Assembly: GCA_035285545.1 (NCBI GenBank)
Contig: JAYKGY010000037.1
Location: 1 to 34,719, forward strand
Source: Snowella sp.
GTDB taxonomy: Bacteria > Cyanobacteriota > Cyanobacteriia > Cyanobacteriales > Microcystaceae
Length of the DNA stretch: 34,719 bases
Direction: 5' to 3'
Shown here: positions 29,897 through 34,719 of the stretch, piece after piece
Layout of the letters: every line of letters starts with the position of its first letter
How positions within the stretch are numbered: position 1 is the stretch's first letter
Notes under the pieces: model-generated
Seen by the model: the letters and a program-made list of their open reading frames with translations, nothing else
The model's database searches: none
Told to the model about the DNA's origin: nothing
Program-made: the position numbers and the translations under genes

Positions 29897-30823
29897 ATGC
29901 CTTTTTTCCGCCCTGATCAATCCCTCAGCCAAACGGCTCAAACAATTCTGGATGCAACCTTTCAAGAATTTCCTAGTCTAAAACGGGATCAAGTGGCCAT
30001 GACCTGGGTTGTTTATGATAATCCTGTGATTGTGAATACAGGCGGGGCGATTTCAGCAGAGGAATTTTGGCAGCATCCCGTTCGGGGTTTTAGTTATCGG
30101 GGGTTTGAACGGATTTATCCTGCCAGTATCGTGAAGTTGTTCTATTTGGTCGCGATCGCGGAATGGTTGGAAAGTAATATGCTCCCCAGTTCGGCGGAAT
30201 TAGAACGGGCGATGCGAGACATGATCGTAGATTCCAGTAATGATGCCACCAGTTTAATTGTGGATGTGTTAACGGGAACCACCAGCGGCCCAGAATTGCC
30301 TCCTGCCCCCTTTGAAACTTGGAAACATCAGCGCAATTTAGTCAACCGCTATTTTCAATCCTTGGGCTGGGAAGAATTAAACGGCATTAATATTAATCAA
30401 AAAACCTGGGGAGATGGCCCTTATGGTCGGGAACGGGCTTTTGTCGGGCAAATGCTGGACAATCGCAATATGTTAACCACCGATGCCGTGGCGCGTTTAT
30501 TACATAGCATTATTGGGGGAGTTGCCGTTTCTTCAACGCGATCGCAGGAAATGATGAAACTGTTACAACGCAATTTAAATGTCAATCTCCCCGAAGCTGG
30601 GGAAGAAAACCAAGTAACGGGCTTTTTAGGGGAAAGTTTACCAAAAAATGCTCAACTCTGGTCAAAAGCAGGTTGGACAAGCCAAGTACGCCACGATGCT
30701 GCCTATATCGAAATTCCTAACAAACAACCCTATTTATTAACGGTTTTTATTGAAGGTCGAGAAAATGCTAAAAACCCTCGGATCTTACCCTTTATTTCCC
30801 AAGCGATCGCAAATATAACTTAA
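29897..30823 (+). CDS. Serine hydrolase, class A beta-lactamase-like fold (conserved cyanobacterial family)
   Basis: PASIVK (SxxK), SSNDAT (SxN), SKAG (KTG-like), RHDAA; likely ATG at 29897. Confidence 0.85.
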   Translation: MPFFRPDQSLSQTAQTILDATFQEFPSLKRDQVAMTWVVYDNPVIVNTGGAISAEEFWQHPVRGFSYRGFERIYPASIVKLFYLVAIAEWLESNMLPSSAELERAMRDMIVDSSNDATSLIVDVLTGTTSGPELPPAPFETWKHQRNLVNRYFQSLGWEELNGININQKTWGDGPYGRERAFVGQMLDNRNMLTTDAVARLLHSIIGGVAVSSTRSQEMMKLLQRNLNVNLPEAGEENQVTGFLGESLPKNAQLWSKAGWTSQVRHDAAYIEIPNKQPYLLTVFIEGRENAKNPRILPFISQAIANIT

Positions 30824-30995
30824 GTCTAACAAGATTGACGAAAACCACAGATTAGCATCCATAAAATCCATCGTAAAATCAAGGGTTTAACCAAAAACAA
30901 TCTGAAAAAGTCCTATAATCTTAAGGTGATGTCAACAAGCATTAACCGAAGTCCTTGGGGCTGAAGTATTCATTCAAAAAAGTGAGAATCTGCCT

Positions 30996-31358
30996 GTGTT
31001 TACATTAAATGGTTACGAATATCTCCTTGGCTTCCTCTTTATCTGTAGTTTAGTCCCCATTCTTGCCCTGACAGCTTCTAAGATCCTACGTCCTAGCGGT
31101 GGCGGGCCAGAGCGACGGACAACCTACGAATCAGGGATGGAACCCATTGGGGGGGCATGGATTCAATTTAATATCCGCTATTATATGTTTGCCTTGGTTT
31201 TTGTCGTTTTTGACGTAGAAACCGTCTTTTTATATCCCTGGGCTGTTGCCTTTAATCAACTAGGTCTTTTAGCCTTTGTAGAAGCTCTGATCTTTATTGC
31301 GATTCTCGTGGTAGCCCTAGTGTATGCCTGGAGAAAAGGCGCATTAGAGTGGTCTTAA
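30996..31358 (+). CDS. ndhC: NDH-1 subunit 3
   Basis: [40 protein letters not shown]. Confidence 0.98.
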   Translation: MFTLNGYEYLLGFLFICSLVPILALTASKILRPSGGGPERRTTYESGMEPIGGAWIQFNIRYYMFALVFVVFDVETVFLYPWAVAFNQLGLLAFVEALIFIAILVVALVYAWRKGALEWS

Positions 31359-31472
31359 AGGTTAATTGAAAGCGAAATAGCGAAAAAATTTAAGTCAATT
31401 CGCTTTATTCCCAGTCTCTTGCAATAATTATTCAATATATTTAAGCGTTTAAACCCTAAATTCCCAATTGTT

Positions 31473-32201
31473 ATGGCTGATTTAACTGCTTTTGACCAGC
31501 TTCAAAAAGACAAAATCCTCAATCCCATGAATCGGACAGGGGTAACGCAGGATTTGTCTGAAAACGTAATTTTAACAACCGTTGACGATCTCTATAATTG
31601 GGCGAAACTATCCAGCCTTTGGCCATTGTTATACGGAACTGCTTGTTGTTTTATTGAATTTGCAGCCTTAATCGGCTCTCGGTTTGACTTTGACCGTTTT
31701 GGTTTAGTTCCTCGTTCTAGCCCTCGTCAAGCGGATTTAATTATTACAGCAGGGACGATCACCATGAAAATGGCTCCTGCTTTAGTACGGCTCTATGAAG
31801 AAATGCCCGAACCCAAATACGTCATTGCGATGGGTGCTTGTACGATTACGGGGGGAATGTTCAGTAGTGACTCGCCCACAGCCGTTAGAGGCGTTGATAA
31901 GCTCATTCCTGTTGATGTTTATATTCCTGGCTGTCCTCCCCGTCCTGAAGCGATCTTTGATGCCATTATCAAATTACGGAAAAAAGTGGCGAATGATTCC
32001 ATTCAAGAACGAGCGACCGTCACCAATCAAATTCATCGCTATTACAGCACAACCCACAAAATGAAGGCGGTTGACCCCATTGTGACCGGAAAATATCTTC
32101 AAGTTCCGACCCGTCAAACCCCACCCCTAGAGTTAACCGAAGCGATGGGAATCCCAGTGCCCCCTGCCTTAGCTACTGCTCAACAGAAGGAGAATGTATA
32201 A
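31473..32201 (+). CDS. ndhK: NDH-1 subunit K
   Basis: [31 protein letters not shown]. Confidence 0.98.
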   Translation: MADLTAFDQLQKDKILNPMNRTGVTQDLSENVILTTVDDLYNWAKLSSLWPLLYGTACCFIEFAALIGSRFDFDRFGLVPRSSPRQADLIITAGTITMKMAPALVRLYEEMPEPKYVIAMGACTITGGMFSSDSPTAVRGVDKLIPVDVYIPGCPPRPEAIFDAIIKLRKKVANDSIQERATVTNQIHRYYSTTHKMKAVDPIVTGKYLQVPTRQTPPLELTEAMGIPVPPALATAQQKENV

Positions 32202-32204
32202 GCC

Positions 32205-32732
32205 GTGACAGAAGAAAATCCAATCGAACAAACCTCCACTGAAACCGCGATCGCGCCTGCGGGGCCCGTTTCTAGTTGGTTAACGGAAAATGGTTTTGAG
32301 CACGAAATTTTAGAAGCCGATCACTTAGGCGTGGAAATGATTCGGGTTGATCCAGATTTATTGATTCCACTCGCCACCGCCCTCTATGCCTATGGATTTA
32401 ATTATCTCCAGTGTCAAGGCGGCTACGATGAAGGGCCAGGTCAAGGCTTAGTCAGTTTCTACCATCTCATCAAGGTTACGGACAATGCGGATAGACCGGA
32501 AGAAATTCGCGTTAAAGTCTTTTTACCCCGTGAAAATCCCACCCTTCCCTCCGTTTATTGGATTTGGAAAGCGGCAGAGTGGCAAGAGCGAGAAACCTAC
32601 GATATGTACGGCATTGTCTACACGGGTCATCCTGAGTTAAAACGTATCTTGATGCCTGAAGATTGGATCGGTTGGCCGTTGCGGAAAGACTATATTTCCC
32701 CTGATTTTTACGAGCTACAACACGCTTACTAA
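32205..32732 (+). CDS. ndhJ: NDH-1 subunit J
   Basis: [29 protein letters not shown]. Confidence 0.98.
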   Translation: MTEENPIEQTSTETAIAPAGPVSSWLTENGFEHEILEADHLGVEMIRVDPDLLIPLATALYAYGFNYLQCQGGYDEGPGQGLVSFYHLIKVTDNADRPEEIRVKVFLPRENPTLPSVYWIWKAAEWQERETYDMYGIVYTGHPELKRILMPEDWIGWPLRKDYISPDFYELQHAY

Positions 32733-32754
32733 AATTTAAAAATTAGCTTTAACA

Positions 32755-32793
32755 AAGTTGGAAGTCAAATAATGTTTTGATTTCCAATTTTTT
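32755..32793 (+). terminator. Intrinsic terminator after ndhCKJ
   Basis: AAGTTGGAAGTCAAA...TTTGATTTCCAATTT followed by Ts. Confidence 0.65.
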
Positions 32794-32981
32794 ATTCCCA
32801 AAAATTGCCTTTAGAATAAACTTATCCTGAAACCCAAATCCCCATTAGAAGTCAAGTTGAGTGATTTATATTAAAGGGTGAAGCTATAAAATAGCGATCG
32901 CGCCAAAAGGCCCTAACCTTAGCCATCAAGCCATTTGGATAAAATAGTTATTACCGCTTGTGGAATAAACTGTTTAACAAC

Positions 32982-34259
32982 ATGCAACCTCAAAAACCAT
33001 TACCAGACGATAATCTCGTTAATCCCTCCCTATTGGCTGAAGTATTTAACATGGCGGTTAACTCCCTGTGGAGTAACAAACTGCGGACAGGATTAACCAT
33101 GCTGGGAATGATTATTGGCATTAGTTCAGTCGTGGCGGTTACCTCCGTCGGGGAAGGAGTGAAAAAAGCAACCGAACAACAAATTCAATCCCTGGGTTCG
33201 GATGTTTTGCTAGTGCTAGCCGGCGCGGCGAGTAGTGGGGGAATCAGCCAAGGTGGTGGCTCAGCTTCCACTTTAACCCTAGAAGATGCTCAAATTGCGG
33301 CCCAACAGGTGACGGCAGCGAGGGCGGTTACGGCTTTTTTACAACGGGGCGGTATTCAGGTTGTTTATAACAATCAAAACATTGCCACCAGTGTTTTAGG
33401 AACGGATTTAGAATATCCCGATGTTAAAGATTCCTTCCCCCAGGAAGGACAATTTTTTACCCAATCCGATTTAGATAATGCTCAACCCGTCGCTGTTTTA
33501 GGCACCAAGGTGAGAGAGCAGTTATTTGGCCAACAAAATCCACTGGGGGCAGAAATCCGCATTCAAAATCAATTGTATCGTGTCATTGGGGTCATGCCGC
33601 CAAAAGGAGCCGTGGGGCCAACGGATCAAGACGATCGCATCTTTATTCCCCTAACCAATATGTCCAGCCGAATTGTGGGAAATAATGCCCTGTCTGGGAT
33701 TTCGATTACAGGCTTTTGGATTGCGGCGAAAGATAGTACCCAACTGGATGCGACCCAATTTCAAGTCACGAATTTACTCCGTCTGCGCCATAATATTTAT
33801 CCGCCTCAACTGGACGATTTCCGCATTATTAATCAAGTTGATGTGGTCAATACTTTTACCAGCGTCATTGGAACGATTACGGTGATGGTCGTCGCGATCG
33901 CGGGTATTTCCCTTGTGGTTGGAGGCATTGGAATTGCCAATATTATGTTAGTTTCTGTGGTTGAAAGAACCAAAGAAATCGGGTTACGGAAAGCCTTGGG
34001 AGCGACCTATGGGGCAATTTTGACTCAATTTCTCACCGAAGCTGTTGTGGTTTCTACCGTCGGTGGCGGGATTGGCATTATTGTTGGTATGGGTTTGGCG
34101 TTTGCCAGTTCCCAAATTATGAATATTCCCTTAGTCATTTCCTCGTTTTCCATCGTGGCAGGCTTCGGAATGTCCATTACCGTTGGCTTAGTGGCGGGGG
34201 TTATTCCTGCTCGAAATGCGGCGAAATTGGACGCGATCGTCGCCCTACGGAGTGAGTAA
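32982..34259 (+). CDS. MacB/FtsX-type ABC transporter permease
   Basis: NKLRTGLTMLGMIIGISSV, ISLVVGGIGIANIMLVSVVERTKEIGLRKALGA, PARNAAKLD..ALRSE. Confidence 0.93.
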   Translation: MQPQKPLPDDNLVNPSLLAEVFNMAVNSLWSNKLRTGLTMLGMIIGISSVVAVTSVGEGVKKATEQQIQSLGSDVLLVLAGAASSGGISQGGGSASTLTLEDAQIAAQQVTAARAVTAFLQRGGIQVVYNNQNIATSVLGTDLEYPDVKDSFPQEGQFFTQSDLDNAQPVAVLGTKVREQLFGQQNPLGAEIRIQNQLYRVIGVMPPKGAVGPTDQDDRIFIPLTNMSSRIVGNNALSGISITGFWIAAKDSTQLDATQFQVTNLLRLRHNIYPPQLDDFRIINQVDVVNTFTSVIGTITVMVVAIAGISLVVGGIGIANIMLVSVVERTKEIGLRKALGATYGAILTQFLTEAVVVSTVGGGIGIIVGMGLAFASSQIMNIPLVISSFSIVAGFGMSITVGLVAGVIPARNAAKLDAIVALRSE

Positions 34260-34281
34260 TTAATCAATCGGAAATAAAAAT

Positions 34282-34719
34282 ATGATGCCTACTGCAACAA
34301 TATCTCCCAAATTACCAATTTCTCCTTTAGAAAATGGCGACAAACTCACTCGCCAAGAATTTGAGCGTAGATATCATGCGATGCCAAATCTAAAAAAAGC
34401 AGAACTCATTGAAGGAATTGTTTATATGGCTTCTCCCTTAAGGATTAGTAATCATGGTGAACCTCACGCTCATATTATGACTTGGTTAGGTTTCTATCAA
34501 GTATTTACGCCTAATCTGCAATTAGGGGATAATTGTACGGTGCGTCTTGATGCTGATAATGAACCTCAACCCGATGCACTATTAAGAATTAGAAATGGTG
34601 GACAATCAACGATTAGTGAGGATGGTTATGTCGAAGGTGCGCCAGAGTTAATCGTCGAAATTGCAGCGAGTACCGTCTCCCTTGACTTACATCAAAAACT
34701 TAATGTTTATCGCCGTAAC
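34282..34719 (+). CDS. Uma2-family endonuclease-like protein (partial, runs off the right edge)
   Basis: Hand translation gives MMPTATISPKLPISPLENGDKLTRQEFERRYHAMPNLKKAELIEGIVYMASP...H...DNEPQPDALL...GAPELIVEIAAS. Confidence 0.9.
   Translation, partial: MMPTATISPKLPISPLENGDKLTRQEFERRYHAMPNLKKAELIEGIVYMASPLRISNHGEPHAHIMTWLGFYQVFTPNLQLGDNCTVRLDADNEPQPDALLRIRNGGQSTISEDGYVEGAPELIVEIAASTVSLDLHQKLNVYRRN

Larger units (their letters stand above)
984..33901. repeat. Dispersed HIP1 palindromes (GCGATCGC)
   Basis: More than 30 copies seen by eye, e.g. 984, 1106, 6709, 9449, 10321, 25521, 33894. Confidence 0.95.

Noticed and set aside
29897..30823. Antibiotic-resistance beta-lactamase
   Set aside because: Belongs to a conserved cyanobacterial serine-hydrolase family with normal composition and HIP1 sites; no sign of mobility and no evidence of activity.
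31349..31472. Possible ndhK start overlapping the ndhC stop (GTGGTCTTAA)
   Set aside because: That frame stops after six codons and is not in frame with ndhK.
384..34267. Numerous 60-100 aa ORF-track entries overlapping or antisense to recognised genes
   Set aside because: Shadow ORFs with no recognisable motifs or independent signals.
1..34719. CRISPR array, prophage or integron
   Set aside because: No regularly spaced repeats, cas genes, phage genes or integrase seen.

Overview
Cyanobacterial chromosomal segment (more than 30 HIP1 GCGATCGC sites; the gene set resembles unicellular Synechocystis/Microcystis-type taxa). The housekeeping backbone is hemB, mscS-like, purL, a thylakoid cyclophilin, efp-accB, ldhA, groES-groEL1 (with CIRCE and K-box), a pseudouridine synthase, a TrmH methyltransferase, tRNA-Leu(CAG), murA and ndhCKJ. 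A complete guanidine-assimilation operon (gdmH, HypA/HypB-like Ni chaperones, ABC transporter) lies behind a guanidine-I riboswitch and a probable NtcA promoter. Accessory content: two separate AT-rich cassettes lacking HIP1, each an ABC-type ATPase plus a TOPRIM-like protein. One is PARIS-like (DUF4435), is flanked by a 13-bp HIP1-containing direct repeat and is preceded by a decayed BrnT/CopG-type TA pair. The other is ATPase + DUF4276, just past the groEL terminator, and is the best candidate here for an uncharacterised defence system. Also present: a probable IS5/IS1031-type end that interrupts a toxin gene at the left edge, a truncated phosphoketolase, two Uma2 genes, and a murA that appears to need a non-canonical (ATA/ATT) start codon. 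All family assignments come from motif recognition by eye; no database searches were run.
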